The translations under genes were made by a program, and so were the position numbers. From NCBI GenBank assembly GCA_964016885.1, contig OZ024742.1:328972001-329036000 (forward strand): a stretch of 64,000 nt of DNA, read 5' to 3'. The notes under the pieces were generated by a model that was not told the DNA's origin, searched no databases, and saw nothing but the letters and a program-made list of their open reading frames with translations. Shown here in pieces: positions 28,582 through 42,960 of this stretch. How positions within the stretch are numbered: position 1 is the first letter of the stretch; each line of letters opens with the position of its first letter. The stretch comes from Eledone cirrhosa. Lineage: Eukaryota.

Positions 28582-29499
28582 ATGTTTATTGCTTTTGTGT
28601 ATGTACATGTCCCGCAATGTAGCGGTTGAACAGAAAAGCTAGCGATAAAATAAATATCATACTTGAAAAATAAGTATCAATTAAATCGAGGCGTTCCCCA
28701 AACAGTACCCCAGTCTGATAAATGAAAAAAACATCAATATATGCATGTGTATCTATAAATTTACGAATATATTAGAAATAATTGAAAATTTGATATGTAT
28801 TTCAGGATTCATCTCTTATTAAATTCTCTATTTCTAAGTTGATATTACTTACTCGACTTTTGCATCATAGTGGATATCGTTAACTGGTGGTCTGAATTGT
28901 CCGAGGGAAAAGTGATTAACAATACTGGTCACCTTATAATCTGCAGGGCAGTTTGTGCGTTTGCGGCAAAGCATAGAGAAATTCAGTGAGACTAGACACT
29001 GCTTTAACAGAGGAATCTATTTTGTTGATGCAATCCACTCCAACGTAGAACAATTTATGTTTTTTTCTTTTGCACAGATATGCATTTGTCGAGACAGGTT
29101 CAAAACTCGTAGCATGTGTTTTAGGAACAGATAATTCTAAGATTTTACAAGCTGTACCACGACAGCTTAACGCTTCTGTTAGTCATTATAGAAGAAGGAA
29201 ATTACGCCTGTTCCGCTTTTTTCACTGTGGGTTTTCTGCACGCTCTCAAAACACCCTTCAGAGACTATCAGAAGAAGTTAAGTATTTCAGTAGTTAATTA
29301 AGACACTAACTAACTATAACCAATATATACAAGCTATTCTCATCATTTCTGAACAAGCAAATTTTTAGGATTATCTAGAAAGCGTACAGATTTAAATGAT
29401 GGCAAAAAATTATTTTTCTTCCTCTTGAGAGGAAAGTGGGGGCAGTGTATTCAAACACTCCTTCCAGTGGGTCCTGTCCGAAGCAACCGTTTCCAATTA

Positions 29500-29790
29500 G
29501 TCTTGCCAGATTTCCAATCGAGGCCATCGGAGCTCATGGATGTTATCCAACCATCTTGCTCAGGGTCTCCTTCCGGGTGATTTTTCCCGTAAAATCTGTT
29601 CAGCGATTCTTTCCTAAGTCATTCTAACCATATGCCAGTAGTAACACAACAGTGATCTCACAATTCTGAGAAGAGGCGGCTCTACCTGGCGTGACTCTCC
29701 GATCTCCGAGAAACGCACTCTATCAAGTAATGTTACACCAGAGACACTGCAGGTGAACCCTATTACGGCTGCTTGTATTCGCGATTGTAT
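29500..29790 (-). mobile_element. Decayed RTE-clade LINE 3' fragment
   Basis: RIQAA...GVTLLDRVRFSEI...LRI.RS.L.YYWHMVRM resembles the post-RT region of RTE elements. Confidence 0.65.
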
Positions 29791-30453
29791 TCGTTCGATA
29801 GTATTCTTCACATGTCGCAAAAACATAATTCAAATTTGACCAGGATTATCCACGCAGCTAATCTCACAAGATACGTTCTCAGCTATACGAATCTCCCATT
29901 CTCCATAAGTATGTTACAAATAAACTTTTATTGTAGCATATATAATAAATTACTGTTTGACATTCAAAATTTATATTAACATAAAATTTTGCTCTCATAA
30001 ATATTGTATCTCTAACTAGTTTTAATCAACGCTGATTTTTTTGGCACACAGAATTTATGAAAAGGCTGTTGTAAATTACATTCTTCTATAATCCATGACT
30101 TATGATTTATAATGCTTTAGTATGAAATTGTTATATTCCCTTTGAATGACATAGTTTGCATATTTCTTTTTCATTTTTATTTTTTGTGTTTTCCCTATAT
30201 TTCATATCGCGATACTAGAAATAGTATTTTTGCAAATAGTAACATCGAATGTCGCTAATATAGTTACTTCTCAAAATACACTTTTTTTTACCATCATAGT
30301 ATAACTACTTGGATAAATAAAGATTCGCCAATAATAGTTTTGCTATTATCGGCGCATCTTTTGAAAGCGGCACATAATGATAATGATTGTAATTCTACAG
30401 TCGGTAGTGAGTCCTTCATCCAATTTATATATAAGTTATTGAAGTGGTGATAA

Positions 30454-30510
<57 letters not shown>

Positions 30511-30712
30511 ATAGACATAATGTTTAATATAGAAATGGCTACAACTGGACTAGAAGTGTTTCATTCAAAATAACTCATCATATCCTGGTGATTTCTTTTG
30601 ACTCAAACAGTTCTGTCCTGTAGAAGCTATTTCTATATTAAACGTGATGTTTACACTCTACTAATGTACTGAGTACCTTGCTTACTCTGGTTACCTCAAA
30701 TTGAAACTGAGA

Positions 30713-30824
<112 letters not shown>

Positions 30825-31019
30825 TTACACATATATATACATTATATATATATACATTAAATATATATATATATACATTACATATACATTATATATATAT
30901 ACATTACATATATATATACACATTATATATATATATATTACATATATATATATATATACATTATATATATATATACATTATATATATATATATATATACA
31001 AAATAAATTTAATTAAATA

Positions 31020-31660
31020 AAATATTGGGCGTCATGTCCGAGACATGCGCCATATCCACCGTAGAATACGCTCAAATATTCCAATGAATAGATCCGAGCA
31101 TTTTATATCAACGAGAAATTGATTGACATATATATATATTTAAAATAAACACATGAAACAATCACAGGGCATAATTTGTCTCGGACATGACTCCCTTAAT
31201 TTAATTTAATTTAATTTATTTCGGATATATAAATGGCTCCTTAATTGTAGAGCTAAATAGGTTGAAAGGACTCGGTTGCTATTTATAGCTGTCGACCACC
31301 CTATTCACGCCAATGGGAGGACGCTAGCATGTTGTTAGTAGTTTTAGAATTGCAACACGTGCGAGGGGTCACTCGCAGATTTGCATTTGATGTGTAAACA
31401 CAGATAGTTAAATCTTCCCCCATGCTGAAGATACGTGATTTAATTACTGTGACTTTACGGATTATTGGTGAAATATATACAAGGAGGATTAATCATTTTT
31501 TAAAAGGTAATATTTAAAGCTCTAGTTAAACTTTAATTAGTTACCTAACTAGCTATGTGTGATTACACACCTTACACATCATCCCCTGTGATTCTTTCAT
31601 GTGTTTATTTTAGATATATTAATATGTCAATCAATTTCTAGTTGATATATATATATATAT
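31020..31660. mobile_element. Rearranged, internally inverted repeat-family copy with a degenerate HHR (about 31419-31484, +)
   Basis: About 31105-31170 is inverted relative to about 31585-31670; same family as 40127-40455. Motif CCATG-CTGAAGA...GGT-GAAA-TATA-TA-CAAGG. Confidence 0.55.
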
Positions 31661-31662
31661 AC

Positions 31663-31701
<39 letters not shown>

Positions 31702-31717
31702 ATAATAATAAATTTTA

Positions 31718-31780
<63 letters not shown>

Positions 31781-33019
31781 ATGTATATATATATAATATT
31801 TCTGTAGAAAGGGTAAAGGAACAGAGAGCGTTCTGTGTAAGCTACAGAGCTATTTAGTTATGTAATAAACAACATAATAAACAACATAAAAACATGGAAT
31901 AATTGTCTTATGTTGTTTATTACATAACTATATATATATATATATATATTGAATGCATGTTGCCCTAAATTTCGGTGGTTAAAACATATATTCAAAACTT
32001 AATATAGCATACATATTTACATTTATAGTTAATCAATGCATATTAAATGACACAATGAAATGAATATGAAAATAGTTTTAGTTTGAAAGTGATATACAAA
32101 ATATTTTCTTTTTTTATTTGAAATTAAATTTTTTATTGCTTAGTTAGGAATTAAAGATGTGAATTTGCAGAGTCATTGTATTTTCTGTGGTTCATTGCCC
32201 TCTGAGTTCAAATCTGTGAAGATGAAGTTCGTATTTCATCCATTTGTGGTAAATATGGGTCAGTGGACTGATGGAATTCTAAAAAGGCCAGACGGTATCT
32301 TGGCAGCATCAGATGCGGCTCTCTGCGTTCTGAGTTCAAATAAAGCCTCATCTCATAAATTTCGACTGGCAAACATTATCAGCTTGCAACAGAAGTAACT
32401 ACTCATTGCAGTAAATAAACTTTTAGAAGCAGCCATGATGAAGCCACGTCATCGGCATTCTTTCACTTTGCCAACAGATTGAATGAAACACGATGAAGAA
32501 GTAGGAACATAATTTCACTGTGTATAAAAACGTTCCGGAATAAGGGAGGTATCATATAAACGAAGCCCTCGATGATGACACTTTGAGAAAAGAAAAAAAA
32601 TATTTCAAATTATATACGGTATGAAGTGTTTGCAAATTATCCCCTAATGTATTTTCTTAAATAATCATTTCATATTTAATGACAAGAAATAAAAGCCTCA
32701 TACACAAGGTACGTTGACATTAAAAATGTAATGCCATATATAATACGTGATGATGTGTCAATATCAGTTGCAAAGGAGGTCATAAAAAACTATTATCAAA
32801 AATCACTTAGAATTTATTTTTAAGTTTATTCCTCTGAGTAACAACATTACAGTGCTTGTTGCATTGATGAGATTGCAGGTGTTGGAAAGACGTTACTTTG
32901 GTACTCCTGTAATTTAGGTGTACTATTCAAATAAACAATTCAAGGTATAGAGGTTTAACTATCCTCGTTCCCTACTTTATATTATTGCAGTACCAGAAAT
33001 ATATATATATATATATATA

Positions 33020-33373
33020 TATAGTAATAATAATAAATTTGAAGACTAAAATCCAAAGAGGGCTCGATAAGGATAAATTTATATCAAATATATAAGAACC
33101 GTAGAGCAAATATTTATTAAAATAACAGATTAAAGTTTAAGCAAAAAATCGCTGCTTTCACCCTTAACGGGATCTTCTGAAACTAACAAAGTCAATCTGT
33201 AAACGCAGAAGTGGATATTTCAAAAAACGTTGCAACGGGAGGAAGACAGGAAGACGATACTTTGGTTCGTGGAAACGTTCCCTGGCAAAGAACGGCAAAA
33301 AACGAATATAATACGTCATTAATAGGAGCGGTGAAAAACAATTACACGCAAAACAGAACCACGTTTATGGTAT
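33020..33373 (-). mobile_element. Penelope-type terminal repeat copy abutting (TA)n
   Basis: 33118-33373 is the reverse complement of 38500-38757 and includes the HHR-like CAGAAGA-TCCC-GTTAA-GGGT-GAAA. Confidence 0.65.
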
Positions 33374-34775
33374 CTGTTAGAACACGAAAAGTGTGAAACA
33401 CAGAATGTTCACTTTTCGTGTTCTAACATATATGCCTAGCTTCTTTAAAAAATTTTCGGAGATAGCCGTGGTGGTGGTGATCGTATGTCATTGGCTAATT
33501 TTCAACCAATCAGAGTACCTCTCTCTATATCTCTTCCACTGTTACTTACGCCTGTTTCTCTCTATCTGTTCCGTCTCTATATATATCTCTTACTCTTTCG
33601 CTTTGCACTCCTCCCCTTCAATACCATCTCTCCCCCTCTCTATATATTTGTTACTCTATCGCTGCACGCTCCTCTCCTTCAATATATCAATTACACACGC
33701 TTTACACTCCTTTATCCCCAGCGCCCCTATATATACACCCCCCTCTCCCGCATCTATATTTTAATGTACCGTTGCACCGTGAATATATGTGTCTATATAT
33801 ATATATACATATATATTGTATATACACATTCATGTATGAGTATACACATTCATGTATGTATATACACTGGTTTTATGTGTGTATTGTAAATTTGTACTGT
33901 TAAAACACGAAACTAACATTCGATTGACACTTTGATTACCTGTACAGGCAATAGTTATTAGAATGCTGTTGAAGTGTGTATATATTTTTGGGGGACATCC
34001 TGTATATACACACATTATATATAATACAATAAACAGATAAATACACACATATATATATATGAGCTTATTTAATTATAAATATTGTGAATTTTTAACTCAG
34101 TTCAATTATATATATAAATGGCTTCTACAGGACTAGAACTGTTTCATTCGAAAGAAATCATCATAATATTGAGAGGGGGGACTAGATAAAATATTTCAAA
34201 TCAAATGTGTATAAGTTATAAGTTAAAATGTATAAATAGAGACGATAGTGGAGGTATATCTGTTTAGTGGAACAGTAGACGATAGAATTAAATACAGACG
34301 ATAATCTCCCTTTAATGAAACAGCAGACGATAGAATTAAGGCAATTTAAATTTTAAGCATTTGCATTTTTGCCTTTCATCGTTACGGGGTCGATAAAATA
34401 AAGTACCAGTAATACACTGTCACTAGACGACTTTCAAATTGAATTGTTGGTTCCATTTCTTTAGTATTTTCAATTGTAGTTATCTACTTAAAAAGCGTTA
34501 CACGGTTAGAGACATAATTCGTAAGTTATATCTTCCCTATTAAACCATTGCATTATTTCGCCTACAATAGAACAAAAATGAAATGTTCTTTAAAGAAACA
34601 GGAATATAACTTTATAAAAAAAAAAGTTGCATCCGCTTCTTTTATCATTGATAATTTTTTCGTTTTAATATTAATTGTTTTTTGTAGTTGTTTATATTAA
34701 AAATCTTACTGTAATATTTACTTAAACGAAGGCAAACATCTAAACTTATAGATTAATCTTGAGCGAAGGACTAGA

Positions 34776-34868
<93 letters not shown>

Positions 34869-35982
34869 GAAGAATGATAAAATTTCAAGCAAAGAGTTTA
34901 ATTAGGTATATTTTGTAATATTATTAACTAATTATTATAATTAACGCGCATATTTTGCTATCCTCAAACACGTTTACACATGGCATGAAATATAACTAAT
35001 CCGAGATGGCTAGGTTTCATCTTCTAACTGGATAAACGAAATCCATTATGTCTTGACAACAACATGAGGTAACATTATGTTATTCACAGACACACTTTGT
35101 ACACTGTTCCATATCAGAATGTATTTCCTTCGTCACATTCACAAACAGTATTGAAAATATGTTCTTCGGCAAATAAAAATGTTTTGTTCATAATATTTCA
35201 ACTAGCGATTGCTCTACTTCACGCACGACCACCATAAATTAATGACCAGCTCAACACAAGTATTGGTAGAGCGTCAGACACCATGCTTTGCAGTATTGTT
35301 ATGGTCCTTTGCATTCTAAGTTCAAATCCTGCCGAGGTTAACTTCGACTTTCATACTTACTAATTCGATAAAATAAAGTACCAGTAATGGACTGCCGTAA
35401 TGGATTTATGCCGAAAAATAGAAACACTATTAATGTGCAATAAGAGCAAAATATAACGACATTGCTCAATTATTTTATCTAATGTTGTAATAACACAAGG
35501 AAATGTTGTTTGTGTATTTTTTTTTATATTTGCTCATAGGCTTTTACAATTTCGCTCAGCCAACAACTATTAAAAAGTGAGTTGCTTAAGATAACAATTT
35601 AATCACAAATTGTTGCTATCTTTTAATACACTCCAACAAGTCATCAAATTATGTACAATAAAAACAAATCTTATTAATTTGCTCAGGGAATATAAAGAAA
35701 ATGTATATACACTGATAATTGCAAATGTATGTAAATATTTTGTTTTTGTATTGTATATTTTATGTTTTCTATTATGTATAATATATTGATTTAATATTGA
35801 TTGTTTTTTGTAGTTGTTTATATTAAAAGTCTGAAAATATTTTTATACATCTTACACTAATATTTATAAGATAATTTATAATAACAATTACATAATCTAA
35901 TTGCATTACAACGATAATTTATTATTAATATATATCCTGTTTAACTAGAGTTATTACAAGCGTTGCCTTAAAAAAATATTAA

Positions 35983-36939
35983 ACTAGACATGAAAAATGC
36001 GCAAGCTCAAAAGTGCCACAGAATGTTATAATAAACCTTCAAAAGTGTGGGACTAGAGTTGTTGCTAAAAAATATTGTAATCATTATATATCGTACATTC
36101 TGTGGCATCCTTTATAAAAATAGCTTAAACCAACGAAGCCTTTATTTTTACGCTATTTCACTTAGTTAATTCTTAGAGTGTAACATATAAAAATAAATAC
36201 ATCTATGTTTAATGTAATAACAGCTATAAATAATTACGTAATATTATTATCATATACTCATAGTAACAAAATAATTGTGTTGAAACTTAATATGATGCTT
36301 ATATGAACGATCAAATCTATAATGATAATTTCTTAAATATACTAATAGTAAAATAATTTAGTTATCTATTGTTACATTTTCATAGAACTATAATATTAAC
36401 AATCGTATTGCATTATCAAATTTTTATCACTACAAACTTTCATATTGGAATTACCTTAAGCCACTTATTATTACTTCGCTTTCGTACTTTTACAGCTGTA
36501 GATATTGCGCTGTATCTTATATCTAATATCAATATCTCGTGGTAATTTGCATGAAGTGTAAAATAGGTTTATTAATAACTTTAATATGAAATGTATTATA
36601 CAGGGCTGCGGAGTCGGTCAAAAATTGACTGGCTCCAACTCAGGATCCGATACTCCATTATTTCCTAAATTTCAGCTCCGCAGCTCTGTTATTATATTAA
36701 TTAATTTATTTTATAGTTGTAAATCATATTTTTATATGTTACACTCTAAGAATTAACTAAGTGAAATAGCGTAAAAATAAAGGCTTCGTTGGTTTAAGCT
36801 ATTTTTATAAAGGATGCCACAGAATGTACGATATATAATGATTACAATATTTTTTAGCAACAACTCTAGTCCCACACTTTTGAAGGTTTATTATAACATT
36901 CTGTGGCACTTTTGAGCTTGCGCATTTTTCATGTCTAGT
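35983..36939. repeat. Apparently perfect 213-bp inverted repeat with 531-bp spacer
   Basis: 35983-36195 is the reverse complement of 36727-36939 with no mismatch seen by eye. Confidence 0.92.
36601..36688. mobile_element. 88-bp hAT-type MITE
   Basis: TIRs CAGGGCTGCGGAG / CTCCGCAGCTCTG; 8-bp TSD GTATTATA / TTATTATA. Confidence 0.75.
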
Positions 36940-38757
36940 AAAAGAACTCGTAGACTAATATTCTCTTAAGTGGTTCATAGAGACGTTCTCAGGCAATGAA
37001 CGGAAAAAACGAAGATAATACGTCATATGTGGAGGGTGACGAACAATTGCACGCAAAGACAAAACCACATAAATGGTATAGCTGAAGTCGTAGACTAAAA
37101 TTCTAACTAGGAAACCGAATGATTCTCCGCTTCAGAGTTAAGAATAAAGTAAATAAAATACAGAAGTAATTGAAATAAATAAATACATACACGCATCCAA
37201 ATACACAAGCATACGCGAAAACACTCGCCATAGGTATACAAATACACGCACATATAAATATGTGTGTGTGTGTGCGTGTATACAAATAATTAAATAAACA
37301 TATATAAATATATAAATACGTATATAACAAGCGCACACACCAACCTGCATGTAAATACACAAATGTTCGGAGACCAACGTCAACCAAAACACGAAGTACA
37401 CATGTACACACCCTACATACGTACGAACCCGCATACTCGCACAGACGCAAAACTCACGTATACACATAACCAAAAGCATATGTACCAGAATATATAAAAA
37501 TATACGCCATAACATATACAATCAAATATACGTACAATCAAATATACGTCACTTCCAGCTTATATCTGGAGTCTAAAAGACAACCACACCCAATATAAGT
37601 TACACTGGGAGATCCTAGCTAGGAAATAAAACACCATGTGACCTCTGCGCCGCTGAGGCCCTGGAAATACTCTACGCCACAGACGACATCTTATACAAAA
37701 AATCTGAGGCAATTTCGGCTTGTAAACATAAATTGCACAAAACTTTCCTGTATTACAGCCCCACATTATACCCTAACGGATAGTAGGGATATTTTACGTC
37801 TTGATGTGGTAGCTAAGTATATGTTATGTTTATACCATTACTTATTTGCATAGGTAAGTATATATTACCTGTATGTTTTGTGAAGGTACGTATACTTTCT
37901 TGTACGTATATTTGATTGTATATGTTATGGCGTATATTTTTATATATTCTGGTACATATGCTTTTGGTTATGTGTATACGTGTGTTTTGCGTCTGTGTGA
38001 GTATGCGGGTTCGTACGTATGTAGGGTGTGTGTATATGTGTACTTCGTGTTTTGGTTGACGTTGGTCTCCGAACATTTGTGTATTTACATGTAGGTATGT
38101 GTGTGCGCTTGTTATATACGTATTTATTTATTTATATACGTTTATTTAATTACTTGTATACACGCACACACACACACACATATTTATATGTGCGTGTATT
38201 TGTATACCTATGGCGAGTGTTTTCGCGTATGCTTGTGTATTTGGATGCGTGTATGTATTTATTTATTTCAATTACCTCTGTATTTTATTTACTTTATTCT
38301 TAACTCTGAAGCGGAGAATCATTCGGTTTCCTAGTTAGATTTTTATTCTACGACTCCAGTTATACCATTTACGTGGTTTTGTCTTTGCGTGCAATTGTTC
38401 TCTACGTTCCACATATGACGTATTATCTTCGTATTTTACGTTCATTGCCTGAGAACGTCTCTATGAACCACCTAAGAGAATATTAGTCCTCGACTTCTTT
38501 TATACCATAAACGGGGTTATGCTTTGCGTGTAATTGCTTTTCACCGTTCCAAATAATGACGTATTATATTCGTTTTTTCCCGTTCTTTGCTAGGGAACGT
38601 TTCCACGAACCAAAATATGGTCTCCCTGTCTTCCTCCGGTTGCAACGTTTTTTGAAATATTCACTTCTGCGTTTACAGATTGACTTTGTTAGTTTCAGAA
38701 GATCCCGTTAAGGGTGAAAGCAGCGATTCTTTGCTTAAACTTTAATCTGTTATTTTT
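36940..38757. mobile_element. Inverted pair of a non-coding repeat (arms about 600 bp), the right copy extending to an HHR-like end at (TA)n
   Basis: 36940-37537 is the reverse complement of 37900-38500 with scattered mismatches. Internal diverged subrepeats of about 140 bp. Family fragments also at 20650-20720, 41193-41245, 56088-56131 and 59362-59441. Confidence 0.8.
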
Positions 38758-39054
38758 TTATATATATATATATATATGAATTCACTTCGCAAAATTGTTT
38801 AAATCTGAAATAATTTCCAATTTTTAATGGACATTTTGACTAAATTACCATTTCCCATAATATTATGATAGTTGCTTCTATCACAGGTTATTTTAAACCG
38901 GATGACGAATTAAGCTTACGAGCCAAGGTTGACGTGGCATGACTTGAACTCAGAATTGAAAGCTCCGAAATTATTCAGTAGGAGATTATACAAGTGGTAT
39001 AACCATACAAAGAGTGGGGAATAAGCAATTGACTTGAAGTTAGAGGCAGTAATA

Positions 39055-39466
39055 TAATGGTTTCTAGTATAGGCACATGGCCAGTAATTTGGAGCGAGGG
39101 AAAGTCATTTAAATCGACCCCAATACGTTATTGGTGCTCTATTTTGTCGACCCTGTAAGGATGAAAGGCAAAGTTAACCTCGGCGGGATTTGAACTCAGA
39201 CCGTACAGGACCGTAATTCTATGCTGCAAAGCATGGCGTCAGACTCTCTACTGATATTGCCAATCCTCAAGAGACAGTAATATAATTGTTTCTACTTTTG
39301 GCACAAGGCCAGAAATTAATCCAGTGTATTACTGGTACATTATTTTATCGATCCCGTAAGGAGGAAAGGCGAAGTCAAATTCGGCGGGATTTGAACTCGG
39401 ACCATAAAGGGCCGTTACTCTTTGCTGTAAAGCATAGCGTCTGACCCTTTACAGATACTGCCAATC
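39055..39466 (-). mobile_element. Two tandem SINE copies
   Basis: Two consensus matches, at about 39055-39265 and 39283-39466. Confidence 0.85.
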
Positions 39467-39640
39467 ATCGAAAGCAAGAGTGTTAGAAAATACAATGAAA
39501 AAGAGGTAAACACGGTGTGAGTAAGAGGTAGATATTTAGATAGTGGTGTAAAGATATAGTGAACTAAAAGAGAGGTAGGCGATAGCTACACATCAAAAGA
39601 CACTGTGTGGTGGAGATGGATAGAAAAACTTTCATATATA

Positions 39641-39700
<60 letters not shown>

Positions 39701-39887
39701 GTATTTTCTGTATATATCAGATGTACAGGTAAGGCAGTGTAGTTAATAAATTCGCTTCGCAATCAAGTGGTTTCCGATTCAGTCATACTGCTTGACATCT
39801 TGTGCAAGTGATTTAGAATATAGCTTCGCGTTGATTAATGATTTGTGAGTGGAATCTGGTAGATCTAAACTACAATAGTTCGTCGTG

Positions 39888-39978
<91 letters not shown>

Positions 39979-40490
39979 GAAAACGAAAATCAGTGATGCA
40001 TCTGAACTCAATTTATTGTGTGCTACAATTATTTCGCCGGCGACCAGCTCGAGACGTGATCATAGTGTGGATCTGTCTGATTCTGGACCCTCAGGTGCGA
40101 CAGACACGTCTAATGATTTCGGAGCATCTCAATCAATTTCTAGTTGATATAAAATGCTCGGATCTATTTATTGGAATCTTTGAGCATATTATGCAGTGGA
40201 TATGGCGTATGTCTCTCGGACATGACACCCATAATTTAATTTTGGATATATATATATGAATAGATCCGAGCATTTTATATCAACTAGAAATTGATTGACA
40301 TATATATATATATCTAAAATAAACACACGAAACAATCACAGAGAATAATTTGTAAAGTGTGTAAGCACACACAGCTAGATAGGTAACTAATTAAAGTTTA
40401 ACTAGAACTTCAAATATAGATACCTTTTAAAATGATTAATCTCCTTTGTACATATTTCATTAAATAAAGAAATATATTTCAGCATCAATC

Positions 40491-40567
<77 letters not shown>

Positions 40568-40570
<3 letters not shown>

Positions 40571-40684
40571 AGTTGAAATAAAATGAAAACTAAATTTCAT
40601 TTCTCACGCTTAATACGGCATTTACTTAAATGTAAGTATGTGTGTATACGTACATACATATATGTATACAGACGTACAGTAGCA

Positions 40685-40722
<38 letters not shown>

Positions 40723-41152
40723 CAGGTACACATACATATATGCACGTATCAGTTTAGCGGACGCTTATTATAACGCCGCTTCGTTCGTCTGTAAACAAAC
40801 TGAACAGTCAGAATTTTATGCCGTACGGTGTTAAGGCAACCACGTCACCTTTTTGTTCAACACTGACACAGGAACGATGTACTAGTTTCAAGCTTGTTAG
40901 CTATCATCAGCACCGTATACCCTTCTGCCAGATAGTTGAACGTTCGAAAGTTTATACTTTCCTTATGAAAATTAATGGGTGAGCAGCCTAATTTGCATAT
41001 CGAGTGAGTTAAGTCGGTCAGGCATACCGAAAACGATAAGTTGAAATAAAATGAAAACGAAATTTCATTTCTCACTCTTAGTACGGCACTTACTTAAATG
41101 TAAGTATGTGTTTATACGTACATACATATATGTATACAGACGTACAGTAGCA

Positions 41153-41160
<8 letters not shown>
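40568..41160 (-). mobile_element. About 470-bp HHR-containing unit present as about 1.26 tandem copies between (TA)n tracts
   Basis: 40568-40690 is directly repeated at 41037-41160, with an HHR between the repeats; non-coding. Confidence 0.75.
40874..40916 (-). ncRNA. Minimal type I hammerhead ribozyme
   Basis: ACGGTG-CTGATGA-TAGCTAACAAGCTT-GAAA-CTAG-TA-CATCGT. Six-bp stem I, stem II AGC/GCT, palindromic stem III ACTAGT, GUA cleavage triplet. Confidence 0.88.
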
Positions 41161-41196
<36 letters not shown>

Positions 41197-41447
41197 GGGT
41201 GAAAGCAGCAATTCTTTACTTAAACTTTAATCTGTTATTTTAATATATATATATATATAAAGTTTTGCACCGGCATGGGCGTAGATTTCTGACTGAAACC
41301 AGGAAAAGAATAAAAGAAATGCTTTCAGCCCATATCTATAAATTATAATCGATTGTTTCGTTTTTTTTAACAAATATGAGTAATGTAAATGTTTTTATGC
41401 AAAATATCAATATTGGTATTAGCTGTTCAGTTCAACAAAAGTATGTA

Positions 41448-41521
<74 letters not shown>

Positions 41522-41777
41522 CGAAGGAAATGTGGTAAGGAACCAGGTGGACCATAACGCACCAAAGTACTCAATACTTAGGGTAGTAGAGTGGGTAATA
41601 GGAACGAGTCCTGAATTAGCCGTCGAAATGGCTTGAGCTCAGCCGTCGGGGTTCTACTCGTTCCAATATATATATATATATATATACTCAGGTTGAATCA
41701 GCATGACACCTCATGCAGGATTTAGGACAAACGAGGTCCCAAACATTTGAAAAAGTTATCGTAAAAAATGTTTGGCA

Positions 41778-41856
<79 letters not shown>

Positions 41857-42038
41857 ATACTTGGGGAGGGTCATATTGTTGCAATAATTTTGCCAGAATT
41901 AATAACAGAACACACTCATTGTTTAGTTGGAAAACTCCAGGAAAATCTCCTGTTGAGTGCTTCTAATCTATTGTAATATTGTATTCGTTGAGTAATCAAC
42001 GAACCATACGAATCTTTGGTTATATATATATACAGAGA

Positions 42039-42118
<80 letters not shown>

Positions 42119-42199
42119 AAAGTTTTATTTAAATTGTTGGGATACACAAGCAAATATTTTTATAACTGATATAAAGCACTCGACAAATATTTGGAGTAG

Positions 42200-42520
42200 A
42201 TATACGATATTGATAAATGGAAACTATACTTATAAAACCATAGTTATTTCATTATATATATTTCAAGGATACCAAGTTACATTATGGTATGCCTTCATCA
42301 GACAAAATGCAATATATAACAGTTTTATAAATAGACATTGACGTACCCCTTTAAAAAGCAACGGTCAATTTTTAAAGGGGTACGTCAATGTCTATTTATA
42401 AAACTGTTATATATTGTATTTTGTCTGATGAAGGCATACCATAATGTAACTTGGTATCCTTGAAATATATATAATGAAATAAATATGGTTTTATAAATAT
42501 AGTTTCCATTTATTAATATC

Positions 42521-42526
<6 letters not shown>
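42200..42526. mobile_element. Near-perfect palindrome (arms about 158 bp, 11-nt loop) with an HHR in each arm
   Basis: Loop at 42358-42368. Plus 42418-42480 reads ATTTTGT-CTGATGA-AGGCATACCA...TGGTATCCTT-GAAA-TATATA-TA-ATGAAAT; mirror copy on the minus strand at about 42246-42308. Confidence 0.8.
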
Positions 42527-42567
<41 letters not shown>

Positions 42568-42960
42568 ATATATATATAGAGAGAGAGAACGAGAGAATTA
42601 TGCTTTATATTTGATTTGTGTATGGTATACATATATCAATATTTAATGCATGTAAACATATGGTTGAGTTAAAACCATATCTGTCGTTAAAAATATTTAC
42701 AATTACTATTTTTCAAAGTAAGGAGTAGTAAGTCGAATAATGGTATTAGTATTCTTGAAAATGTAGTATCGTGTTCGGAAACATGTTTATCCAACTAGTT
42801 ATACAGTGATAATAGTGAATTAAAGATTTTAAAGTGAAGGCAGATACAATTGCCGTTCATTTTATCTAAATAGAAGTTCACTGGAAACAAAGTGTACATT
42901 TCATTATTCCTTACTACAAAGAAAAACATACATAATGATAATAATAATAATTATTATTAT

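Noticed and set aside
38690-38735. CAGAAGA-TCCC-GTTAA-GGGT-GAAA as an active hammerhead (also 33145-33185, minus)
   Set aside because: Core U4 is A in both copies and no UH triplet or stem I follows; kept only as an HHR-like remnant.
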